The translations under genes and the position numbers were made by a program. From Nemertoderma westbladi (taxonomy: Eukaryota > Animalia > Xenacoelomorpha), in assembly GCA_032718475.1 (NCBI GenBank), contig JAUCBJ010001416.1:101361-165360 (forward strand): a DNA stretch of 64,000 nucleotides, in the 5' to 3' direction. Every line of letters begins with the position of its first letter. Position 1 is the first letter of the stretch. The notes under the pieces were generated by a model. The model ran no database searches, was not told where the DNA came from, and was given only the letters and a program-made list of their open reading frames with translations. Below, piece by piece: positions 1 to 10,483 of this stretch.

Positions 1-596
1 TGGCTATATTCACTAGTTTGCGAAACATATTGCAACATTGGTCGATGTATCGGAAACTTACCAGTCCGTCGCCGGACATTCTGACTGGCCATAAACTCTA
101 TTAGAGGGGGGAATTCTGTGTCGCTTTTCTGTTGAATTTCCTCGACACGTCGCAAATGAAGTCGTTCACGGAGGCCACACGGGAAGCAGAAATCATCGAT
201 TTCACTTTTCCTAACCAAAAACCAAACGGAATGCCGCGCATCATTCGCAGATATTTGAACTTCAGAACTTTGAGTAACTCCCTCTTTGGTAAAAATCCCG
301 TATATTTCAACCTTCGGTGTCCAATAATCAACTGTATTAACTTTAGTGAGAAGGTTCAGTACTTTGGTAATTTTATAGTAGGATGGAAGAGGTTCAGGCC
401 ACTTACTCCACGTGAAGTTAGACACGATGGAACCAACACCTTTATTCCTTTGTTTCTGTAATATATTTAGCAAAGAATCAGAACTCTCGTGACGGGGGAA
501 TCCTAAACCAGCTGGTTTCTGTATCACTTTTATTCCAAGTTTCTTTGCGTGAGTTATAGGAATTGCCTTTATTAATGAGATAACAGAAGTAGTCAT
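1..596 (-). CDS. MRPS34: Mitochondrial ribosomal protein S34 (mS34), 3'-partial, no intron in the visible part
   Basis: Manual translation from ATG at 596 stays open to the window edge (~198 aa): MTTSVISLIK...SLLNILQKQRNKGVGSIVSNFTWSKWPEPLPSYYKITKV...VEIYGIFTKEGVT...VWFLVRKSEIDDF...EFPPLIEFM...HRPML. This follows the mS34 motif order (GxG, P-[CS]-Y-[WY]-x-[IL]-T-x-V, GI-x-T-x-x-G, W-x-LV, PPL, PML). No stop lies inside the window, so the ORF track missed it. Confidence 0.8.
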   Translation of the reverse strand, partial: MTTSVISLIKAIPITHAKKLGIKVIQKPAGLGFPRHESSDSLLNILQKQRNKGVGSIVSNFTWSKWPEPLPSYYKITKVLNLLTKVNTVDYWTPKVEIYGIFTKEGVTQSSEVQISANDARHSVWFLVRKSEIDDFCFPCGLRERLHLRRVEEIQQKSDTEFPPLIEFMASQNVRRRTGKFPIHRPMLQYVSQTSEYS

Positions 597-1565
597 ATTA
601 CATTGTAATTTCTACTATGAGAACCAAAACAAAATAAAAAAAAGCCTACGGTATATTAGTCGGGGAGAAGTTATATTTAAAAAACCTATTGAAATATCAA
701 ATTTTTTTAAATTCAATTTCAAAAAAATTCAACTTTTTAAAAATATCATTTTGAACTTTGGCAGTACCGGTACTAGGTAGGCCTAAGTTTGGAAATATGG
801 AGGTAGAATGAATCCGATTCAAGCTCAGCGCTCAGGGGAATTCATTATTCCATATATAATAATTATGACACTTCACCACACTGCCGTACCGACACAGGTC
901 AATTCGACAAAGAATTTATGTAACGAAGTGTCTTATGTCGAAGTGACTCTTAACTCAGCAATTTCGCTACAGATTTAGAGACACTTCGTCACAACTTAAT
1001 AATAATTGAATGTATTTCTCTCTATTTTATTATTTATTTATTTACAGGTGATCTTCTGATTATCATAGTCAGTCATTGTCATATCAATCAATAATAGGCC
1101 TACAATAATAAAGGATTAGCTGATTAGGATACAATGTTAGATGAACCCACAAAAACCGTAGTTCTTACAGTAGTACCGTTACCGTACTGCCGTAGCCGAT
1201 TTCCCCCTTCCTTCCCTAAAAACTGAATTGTTTTACAAATTTTTTACATATAAAATTACAGAATTAAAATTGAATAGGCCCTATTATAACTTTGGTAGGC
1301 CCATAATTCTGTACTTTAGAGTCTCTTTCAATATTCAGTATTCGGTAGGCCAGGTCCTACCGAATTTGCCTAATTTTTTTTTAATCGGACGATCCATCCA
1401 TAGTGTGCCGGAAGTACATACCGATACGGTACTCCTATACTCAGGTACCGGCAGACCGGTACGGTACTGACGACAATTGACATATCAGCATATGTCGTAA
1501 CGGAATGTGGAATGTGAATCACATGTCAGCATGTTACGACATACCGTTCAGCCGTTACCATCACT

Positions 1566-2456
1566 CCAGGTTGGAATTCATGCATGAGCGCGCAGGTACG
1601 CTTTGTTGTTTTGAAATCACCGCGCACCTGAAATTGGCTCGTCGCGCACCTCATCATAATCCAAACAAAATCGCGCAGCTCATGTCATGAATATCTCAAA
1701 AAATCGCACAGTTCATAGGAACAACAATTTTACATTCCTATTTTACAGGTTTGAGCGTTTTAAGCTTATCTTTACGTCTGTCTGTCTGTACGTTGAATCT
1801 AGGCTTACATAATAAATGTAATTTTTGCAACATCAAAATTGTTAATATTAAAAAATATTTTTTTAATTCAATACTATGGTGGCCCATCGGGCTCACTGCT
1901 TTTATAACAGAAAATATTATTTTAGATTACAAACAAAACATGTAATTTCAAAAAAACGAATATTGAAATAGGTACCAGTCTGCCAGTAATACTTTGTATA
2001 GGCCTACCTAACAATTAGGCTTAAACATACAGTTGGCTTATAATTAAGTCATACTTATAATACATTGTTACTTTCTGAATTTACCTGTTTACTAACGTAA
2101 CATCGGCATAGTATAGACCTAATAACAATACAACAATAGAGTACTGTAGTTAAAATAAATAGACAAATTCAGCTCCGGTTGCCGGTATTACAGTATTATG
2201 GTGAAGTGATTTGACTGTTTGAAGAATTGGAAATGATAAACTAATGCGAGCGAAGCGAGCGAAATTTTTTTGTGTATTTTCGTAATTTCAATTAATTTGT
2301 GGTGCGCATCAAGAGGCAGAGCTGCGCGCTGAGGCGCAACGCGCACCTGTCTCACCCGAACGTGCACCTGTCTCACCCAAACGCGCAACGCGCATCTGGT
2401 TTGCGGTCATTCGCGCAGGTACGCGTCCGAGTTTTGCAGCATGAATTCCAACCTGG
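1566..2456. mobile_element. hAT-like non-autonomous TIR element (MITE)
   Basis: 18-bp perfect TIR CCAGGTTGGAATTCATGC; 8-bp TSD CCATCACT at 1558-1565 and 2457-2464; GCGCA subterminal repeats. Confidence 0.85.
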
Positions 2457-3055
2457 CCATCACTCATCTCCAGACAGCCAGATCACATAAATGATGATGA
2501 GTGATGGTCAGGCAGTTGGCAGTTAGGATGGTAGTCATAGTCACAGAGTCACCAGGTCACAATCAGACAGTTAGCAGGTTAGAAAGGGTGAAGGGCCAGC
2601 GAAAAAATAAGACTTTGAGATAAATGCTTTAAAGTTTTTGTTGTTGAAATTCAATTAAAAAAAACACAATTCAATTACAGAATTAGGCCTGCTACCGGTA
2701 AATATGTAAACCAGTAAACAGTAGGTAAATGCTCATCACTCATCACAGCATCAGGCATCAGCTCATATTTTTCTTGTTACCGTTACCTGGACCTACCGGT
2801 ACGCGGTACATACCTATAACACCGAACACAGTCTGACAGTATGCAGTACAGCAGTACACCACGCCTAAAGATGAAAGAACTGAATTGCAAACTGGAACTG
2901 ACAGACTGCAGGACTGGACTGGACTGGAGGGAAATTAAATTTGATTCAAATTGCTGAATTGTGTTTTGTCTGTTTGTGACTTGTGTTCACAATGCAGCAA
3001 TCAGGCAATGAATGCTCAACTCAGCAATTAACATTTGTGGGCCTACTTCGGTACC

Positions 3056-3165
3056 TGTAACCTGCTCCTTTCCCTAAATGGAGAATTTAACATTGAGGCG
3101 GGATATTAATTCGCCAAGACGGGTTTTGCGTCCAGTCCCTGGTCCCCCCCCCCCCCCCCCCCTGC
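3056..3165 (-). mobile_element. Partial copy of the ~250-bp poly-G-ended MITE family (see 23363 and 56005)
   Basis: Reverse complement of GGACGCAAAACCCG..TTGGCGAATTAATATCCCG..GGGAAAGGAGCAGGTTACAG, seen in the two longer copies. Confidence 0.7.
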
Positions 3166-3277
3166 CTCAATCTTTAACCTGCGGTATTTTTTAGACCACC
3201 ATTAACTGATTAATCCAAAAGTTAAACACACCCAAGCAGGGCTGCAGGGGTGTTTTTTTAATGTAAATTTTCATATT

Positions 3278-3412
3278 ATAGCTCGTTATAGGTGGTTATA
3301 GCCTGTTTATAGGAAAGTTATAGCCCATTATAGATCGTTATAGCCCGTTATAGATCGTTATAGCCCGTTATAGATCTTTATAGATCGTTATAGCCCGTTA
3401 TAGATCGTTCTA
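3278..3412. repeat. 10/20-bp tandem repeat (TAGCCCGTTA/TAGATCGTTA)
   Basis: Directly visible periodic array. Confidence 0.85.
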
Positions 3413-3759
3413 CCTTTTAGTACGTACCGCCTACTTCAGCTGTTCAGTATCATGTCAGCATGTATTCAGTCAGTCAGTCAGTCTGTACTCTGTGGGTAGA
3501 TTACTGGATTATCAGATTATCACCGTCCGCCGTCCGCGTCCAGCCTGCCAGCCTTATGACCGTACTACCTGACTACAGTCAGCAGACAGTACTGCAGTAC
3601 AGGTCTGCCGGTAGTAATTTTCATCATAAATTTATTGTTAAATTCACGAAAATTAATTGACATTAGTACAAATAATGCGACAGTATAAAATTTGATGATT
3701 AGAGAGACCGATAATTTCTGCATATGAAACTAGAAAGTGCCCCAAAAATTTATTAGCCG

Positions 3760-5036
3760 TTATTGAGAGAAACTTAACTTGCTTACTGGGCGGAAAAGCC
3801 AACCAACCACCAAGATTAAATCGCCCCAATGGTTGGAAGGCCCACTTTGAAAATATCCTCAATAATGACAGGGTATTGCCTGATAACTTTATAGAAGTAA
3901 AAGTGTCTGAGTCTGTACTCCCAGATATTCCCATTGGCGATATCTCCTTTTGCAGAAGTGAAGGCTGCTGCAATGAGCATTAAAACCAATCGTGCCAGTG
4001 GAGTAGATGGTGTTCCCCCTGAGGTCTTTAAAATACCTGAGTGTTTAAAGCTCATCTATCCCATCAGTTTTTTTTAATATACAATTTTAGTTAGAAATTA
4101 GATTCCGATCATCATAATGATGATGGGGTGATGATAACTCCACCTACTGGCTCCAGAAGTCGAGGAAATCCTGCCAAGTACCTAACTGATCTAGACTTTG
4201 CTGATGACTTAGAAGTACTCTCAGAATCACTAGAGGGAGCCCAACGGCTCCTCAACTCATTAGAACATGCTGCTTCTAGTATTAGTCTTTTTATTAACTC
4301 CAGAAAGACCAAAATTTTGAAAGTTAACTTTGAAAGTCCTCAGCAAGTCTCTGATCGGATAAGCATAAGCTGAAAGGATGGTATGATTGAGCATGTGGAC
4401 GACTTCTGTTACCTGGGATCATGGATCCGGAAGTCAGGTGAGGACCTTCGAATACGTAAGGGAAAGGCATGGGCAGCCTTGAATAGGCTTTCCAGGATTT
4501 GGAAGTCACCGAGAATTAATCGGAAACTTCAAGTCAAATTATTTAGAGCAGCAGTAGTTCCAGTACTCCTCTATGGGAGTACATGCTGGGCTCTAACTGC
4601 TGAGGACACCAAATCTCTGGATGGCACATTCACAAAAATGCTACGCCGGGTTCATTGTTTCAAGTACAATGCACACATCTCCAACCAGACACTATATAAC
4701 ATTGGAGGTGTCTCATTGGTTCCCCCAAGTTTGACACTAGAACAAAATCATTGCCTCCGCTTTGCAGGACATTGCTTTCGCCGTGAGGACAAGCCAGTGC
4801 ATAATCTTGTACTTTGGCAGCCTCATGGAGTGAATAAGCATGGTGGACAGCCCATGACTTTCTTGAGACGCATCTTAAAGCACACTGGCCTTGAAGATGC
4901 GGATTATCTAGCAAATGTCATGGGTGATATGGAGTTGTGGCTGCGCAATTTTGTCGACAAGCAGGTACAGCATTCTTAAAAATGCAGCTGCAATGCAGCA
5001 TGCCGATCCTATTAGTAGTAGTACTAGTAGTAGTAG
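3760..5036 (+). mobile_element. RTE-clade non-LTR retrotransposon relic (5'-truncated, internally deleted)
   Basis: WKAHFENILN..EVKAAAMSIKTNRASGVDGVPPEVFK (3830-4060), LDFADDL (RT motif), FCYLGS, LLYGSTCW, LRFAGHCFR; in-frame stop at 4371-4373; most of RT missing near 4070-4110; (AGT)n 3' tail at ~5012-5036. Confidence 0.9.
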
Positions 5037-5701
5037 AGAGAAACATTCCGAAATGCAAAAATTGAGAATACATTTTTGTCACGTATATGAAATTGTTAAA
5101 AAATATTTTCGTACTTTATGCGTCTATATTCTTGAAAATTGGAAGTGTCAATCATTTGTTAGTGGTATTCAGGTATCCGGCAAGAAATATCAGATCGAAG
5201 TAGAAAGTTGTTTTATAGAGAGAAAAAAATTTGAAATTCTGTCACGGATAAGAAATTTTTAAACCAGTGACAACATAAAGTTTCACTTTATGAGAAACCT
5301 TACCTTGAAAAGTTGGGCTAAATATTATATTTCCAGTTAATAACAATGTAATACACAAAACTGTTTCATAAAGGTGAACTGAAAACCGTTATTTTATATC
5401 ACACAATTAATTTGAAAATGTAAATAGACATTTTTTGATGTCATGTATGCGTATGGGACATATTGAAAGGAATTTACATAAAAACTATTATTATAATTTT
5501 TGACATTTATTTTCCAATCAAAACAAATCATAAAATATTTCAAAGAACTCCTCCTTACTAGAATTGTCCCATTCCCAACTTTCATCCCATTTGCAACTAA
5601 TGTCCCAATCTCAAAACCCTTTCCACAGATAGTTAGTTAATTTGGTAATAAATTAAATTGATCTATTGTCAATTAACGGGAAGGATCAGGTTACAGTTTA
5701 T

Positions 5702-7137
5702 GATTGGGGGACGTTAGTGCCCGCGGGCACTAATGTCTCAGGACTTTAGTGCCCGCAAGTCATTAGTGCCCGGGAACCATGTCTGCAAGTGAGACGTTAG
5801 TGCCCGCGAGTCATTAATGCCCGAGGACCTTGTCTACAAATGAGACATTAGTGCCTGCGAGTCATTAGTGCCCTAGGACCTTGTCTGCAAGTGAGACGTT
5901 AGTGCCCGCGAGTCATTAGTGCCCGAGGACCTTGTCTGCAAGTGAGACGTTAGTGCCTGCGAGTCATTAGTGCCCTAGGACCTTGTCTGCAAGTGAGACG
6001 TTAGTGCCCGCGAGTCATTAGTGCCCGGGAACCATGTCTGCAAGTGAGACGTTAGTGCCTGCGAGTCATTAGTGCCCTAGGACCTTGTCTGCAAGTGAGA
6101 CGTTAGTGCCCGCGAGTCATTAGTGCCCTAGGACCTTGTCTGCAAGTGAGACGTTAGTGCCCGCGAGTCATTAGTGCCCGAGGACCTTGTCTGCAAGTGA
6201 GACGTTAGTGCCTGCGAGTCATTAGTGCCCTAGGACCTTGTCTGCAAGTGAGACGTTAGTGCCTGCGAGTCATTAGTGCCCGTATTGTATTTGGAAGTTA
6301 GTATAAGGCAATCCGTAATTCTTCTTACTTATACCCCATTCAACCAAAGCCATTAACATACACTAATTTAATTAATTCCCTAATTTAATTAACTAAAGTA
6401 AAAGTAACTAAAAGTACTACTTTACTTTTAAATCGTCGACAAAATGTCAGACAGTCGACTGAGTATTTTTCTTGAAATCATTAATTAATTACTAAAATAT
6501 ATTGGTTAGTGCGTCCTCCGACGATTATACTGCAGTACTGCACCTTAATTTTTCTTATTACACACTGTCTCCAGTAAAGTTCAACAAATTAAGTATACTC
6601 AATCAAAAGTAGGTTACTTATAAACAATCAAACGCTGTTGCTTAATCCTCATTCCTTGAAAACTTTACCGCAAAACCAAATAATACAGTATATATAAATG
6701 CTACCATGTCTAACCGAGGTTAATATATTTTTTAATCATAGAAGATCCATGTTGAAATTAAAATGTTAAATAACGAGATGTGGGAACTAAAGACTAAAGG
6801 CTGGAAAATTATCTTAGAAGTTTGAAGAAAGTAACGACTCGTTTGCATCAGCAGGAATTAAAGAAGCGGGAAATGTCTTCCTGGCCTCTAGTATTTATTA
6901 CATATATTAATTAAGTCGCTAGACGGGCACTAATGTCTCGCGGGCACTAATGTCTCGCGGGCACTAATGTATCGCGGGCATTAATATCTCACGGGCACTA
7001 ACATCCCATGGGACATTAGTGCCCGCGATAATGCGACGAAGTGACCGCGGGCACTAAAGGTACTAGAGACATTAGTGCCCGCGGGCACTAATGTCTCGCG
7101 GGCACTAATGTCTCGCGGGCACTAACGTCCCAAGACC
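5702..7137. mobile_element. Non-autonomous TIR element with tandem subterminal repeats (MULE/Merlin-like)
   Basis: Left GGGACGTTAGTGCCCGCG versus right CGCGGGCACTAACGTCCC; 8-bp TSD CAGTTTAT at 5694-5701 and 7138-7145. Confidence 0.75.
5741..6282. repeat. 51-bp tandem array (~10 copies)
   Basis: Unit GAGACGTTAGTGCCCGCGAGTCATTAGTGCCCGAGGACCTTGTCTGCAAGT; starts at 5791, 5842 and 5893 give the period. Confidence 0.95.
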
Positions 7138-8316
7138 CAGTTTATCTGTGACTAGTAAGCCCCCAATCCCCAATCATTAATTAAAAGTCAGTATTAATTG
7201 TTTAGACCATGATTTACTACTGCCCCCAAAACAATGTCAAGTATGGGACATCCGTCACGTTATGGCTTATGGGACATGGCAGTTTTTTCAACCTTTGACG
7301 CAGCAGTCTCACTGATACAACCCATGGCAAAACTATCTAAGAAGTATACATAGATGTGATAATCTAAGTTTGTATCAGTTCACATTTTCTGATAGAAAAA
7401 CTCCGTTAATGGGACACTTTTTTGAACCATTTTGGGACATGCTCACGCAATTGATTCATTTGCACTGATTAACCACCATAAATTGTAAATCTAACCGATA
7501 CATATGGAAGAATATGAGTGGGAGTGTTAACACATCGGGTTAATGGCCCACATTTGACAATTTATATGCCATTAAATTAATCATTTGCGGAGTGTCACGT
7601 ATGTGACAAAAAATGGACCACGTTAATTTTTTTTGTATTTGATACAGTATCTCCAATTTACTTCGAAACTACTGTATGTTTATTTGTTCACAGGAATTAT
7701 GCTCAGCAGGGATATTAATCGTTTGGCACCTGAATTGGAATTTTAATGGCCAAAATGAGCCCGTAATCACAATTACAAAATTTTGAAATTTGTCACGTAA
7801 GTGACGACTTTTTTTAATTCGATGTAGCTTTTTCTATAACAAACTGTGGTTCGACTGTAGGCCTATCACAGCAGGAAGGGTCCGATTATAGTGCATTCGG
7901 CAATAATGTTATCAAAGCCATCCGACCATTCATTTTCAAATGATTTACATTTTTGTATATATTTTGTCCCGTACGTGACTTGGTCAATATGGTTGGCATT
8001 AATTATTAATTAATATTATATGAAACATCAAAATAGTGATGTATATGGAAGGAGAGTTAGTCAGACCACAATGAAGGGGTAAACTTTATACTATAATAAG
8101 GTGTAATCAGAATGAAATGCAGTAGCTTCAAGTTGTGCTTGAGAGAGTGCAGTGAGGGAGACATGAAAGCGCGAACTTAGTTCAGTAGTTCCAATCGCAC
8201 ATTTTCAAAGGAGAACTTAAGTTCCAATTGACACAAATTTGGTTCCAATGGAAAGGAATTGAGTTCCAATGTTTCAATCGTGGGGCGCACGGACGGATCC
8301 CCCCCCCCCCCCCTCC

Positions 8317-8631
8317 GGTACGCAGCCTTCGCCTGCGAGAAAACTTCGACCCCGTCCAATCATCGCCCGGAGCAATCTTCGCCCTCAAAATGAGTAACTA
8401 TCGCCCGGCGGAAACCTTCGCCCGCAGACAAACTTCGCCCACTAAACAATATTGTTTTGGTTAGAAAAAGCCGTCTCTGTAACCTGCTCCTTTCCCTCAA
8501 TTGGTAATAACATCGTTTATTGTTTTGGTTAGAAAAGCCCGTCTCTGTAACCTGCTCCTTTCCCTCAATTGGTAAGGGTAACTAAAATTGTTACTAATCC
8601 AAATCTTATTGGGCGAAGGTTGCACCTAACC
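8317..8631. mobile_element. Short MITE with TTCGCCC subterminal repeats (family of 61224-61388)
   Basis: Ends GGTACGCAGCCTTCGCC / GGGCGAAGGTTGCACCTAACC match the 61.2-kb copy in opposite orientation; internal ~68-bp duplication at ~8450-8575; poly-C flanks. Confidence 0.65.
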
Positions 8632-8789
8632 CCCCCCCCCCCCCCCTCCACCCCATTGTGATAGAACGAAATTATCGGCAAATATCGTGATTCTACTGTT
8701 TCGTTGGAACGAAAAACTAAATTCGTTCTCGTTTTTATCTGAGTTATTGGAACTAAGTACGAGGGGAATCGGGAGACTACACTGCAGTT

Positions 8790-9015
8790 TCTGACAGCAA
8801 GTTCCAGGGGTCAATGACCCTGAAATGGTAAGTGGATTGTCTCGAAAGGAAACGCGTCCGAGGTTTAAGAAGTTTCACAGTGTCCACGTCGGTTGCTGGT
8901 ATCCAATGAGAAATACTCACGGCAGCCTACATAAACCTTTACTAATGGAAACCTATACCAAACCTTTAAGCAACCGATAGACCTGGACTAAATCCGCTCG
9001 GTTAGTTTCTCAATA
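8790..9015 (-). pseudogene. CR1/L2-clade LINE ORF2 C-terminal relic
   Basis: Frameshifted translation RADLVQVYRLLKGL...SNRRGH/KLLKPRTRFLSRQSTYHFRVIDPWNLL resembles the CR1 tail (RGDLI..YK..KG..TRGH..KL.KP....F..RV...WN.LP). Confidence 0.7.
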
Positions 9016-9131
9016 TTTGTATTGAGAGTGTCGCTGTTTCATGTTTCAATCTTTTTTTGCAGTTGATGTAGACAATCAGCCTTAGTTTTGAAAACTTCAG
9101 ACCAAGTATTATTAGTAGGATTCTATGGGGC

Positions 9132-10405
9132 TGTACGCGCTTTTGAAGACCTTTAGCAGTTTAACCTGCCAAAATTTATATTTCTTTTGGTTTACAAATA
9201 GACTTTAGAAGTTGACAAATATTTAATACCAATAAACACAACATTAGCAGAAGCCAGCCTAGTGCGCGTCCATTCACCCGCTGGATATACCCGGGAGACT
9301 GGATTCTGAGGGCTTAGATTATTATTGCAGTGTAAGCTTACTGTATTATTCGATTGATCGTTAATAAAGAATTTCTGACTAATATTATTCACTTTCGGGA
9401 AATATTAACAGTTCCTTTAGGACGTGGCGCTCTATCTAGGTAAACAGAGATATGACTTATACTAATCACAACGGCAAGTCGGTAAGGCTTATGATTCACG
9501 TATGAGGCGCATTCTTTAGGAAATGCTTAGTTATCAGTCACAATCATGCACACTACCGGTAACACACAATACTGCTCACTAATTTGCCGACCGTCAATGA
9601 ATTTTATCATATATAAAGCGAACAGCAATTGACTCATGTAGTGCTTATCAAATAGCATTAAATTCACTACAAACAACAACAATATAAGTCGCAATCGCTA
9701 TATATAACCCGTCTCTCTAACCTGTAGTGTATCAAGAAAATTGGGAAATTTGGGTTCTTTATAAATGTTCTCCAAATAATATTCAACCAACTAGATAGAA
9801 AAACACAACAGTAAAGCATTAAGACGGTAGGTTAAGATATGATATGTTATGAATTGAACTGATATGAACCGATATGTGATATGATATGTTAAGATAACAG
9901 TTATACGCTCTATAATTTAAGCCTACTAATGTTTCTTCTAAAGTATGAAAACGAGTTGACTCTAGAGCCGGTGTTCCTGGCCTAGATAGAAACAACACAA
10001 CAGTATCAAGAAAAAACAGTCTAGACTGAACACTCCTAGTATCATCGGCCGAATATCTCCACATCGACAGAAAAAATCGCTCTGATTGGCTTAAGCTAAA
10101 CAAAGAACCATGTGTCCAATGGCCGTTTCCATGTCAGCAACCAGCTGTTAGATGTCGCAATCTGAATCATCAAGGCTAAGCTGTGTAAGGGTATTTGGTG
10201 CATTGCGGGTTTTTTGCCTTACCATGTCCTCCAAAGCACGTATATAGAAGAATGACTTTTATGTCCGTTAAAACACCTATAACGGTACCTTGCGGGCGAG
10301 GGGGACATATATATAGTTAGAGAGCCTTTTAGAGTATTCCAGCGCCTGGGGGGAAACTGGATTGCGAAGCAAAAGGGCCAGTTATATCCCACAGAAGCTT
10401 TTACA
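9132..10405 (-). repeat. 3' LTR (1274 bp)
   Basis: Direct repeat of 20679-21951; plus strand TGTACGCGC...CTTTTACA; about 5-6 differences seen by eye. Confidence 0.97.
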
Positions 10406-10413
10406 CCGCTCCC
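10406..10413 (-). other. Polypurine tract
   Basis: Minus strand reads GGGAGCGG immediately before the TG of the 3' LTR. Confidence 0.75.
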
Positions 10414-10483
10414 AGAAAATGGGATTTGAGTCTATAAAATATACAAAATCACAGTTTCTAATATACGTAAATACTCTAAACAG

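Noticed and set aside
101-461. ORF-track calls 132..461(+) and 101..331(-)
   Set aside because: Shadow frames overlapping the MRPS34 reading frame.
9192-9392. Identical 66-aa ORF here and at 20739..20939
   Set aside because: Duplicated only because it lies in the LTR; non-ATG start and no recognisable motif.
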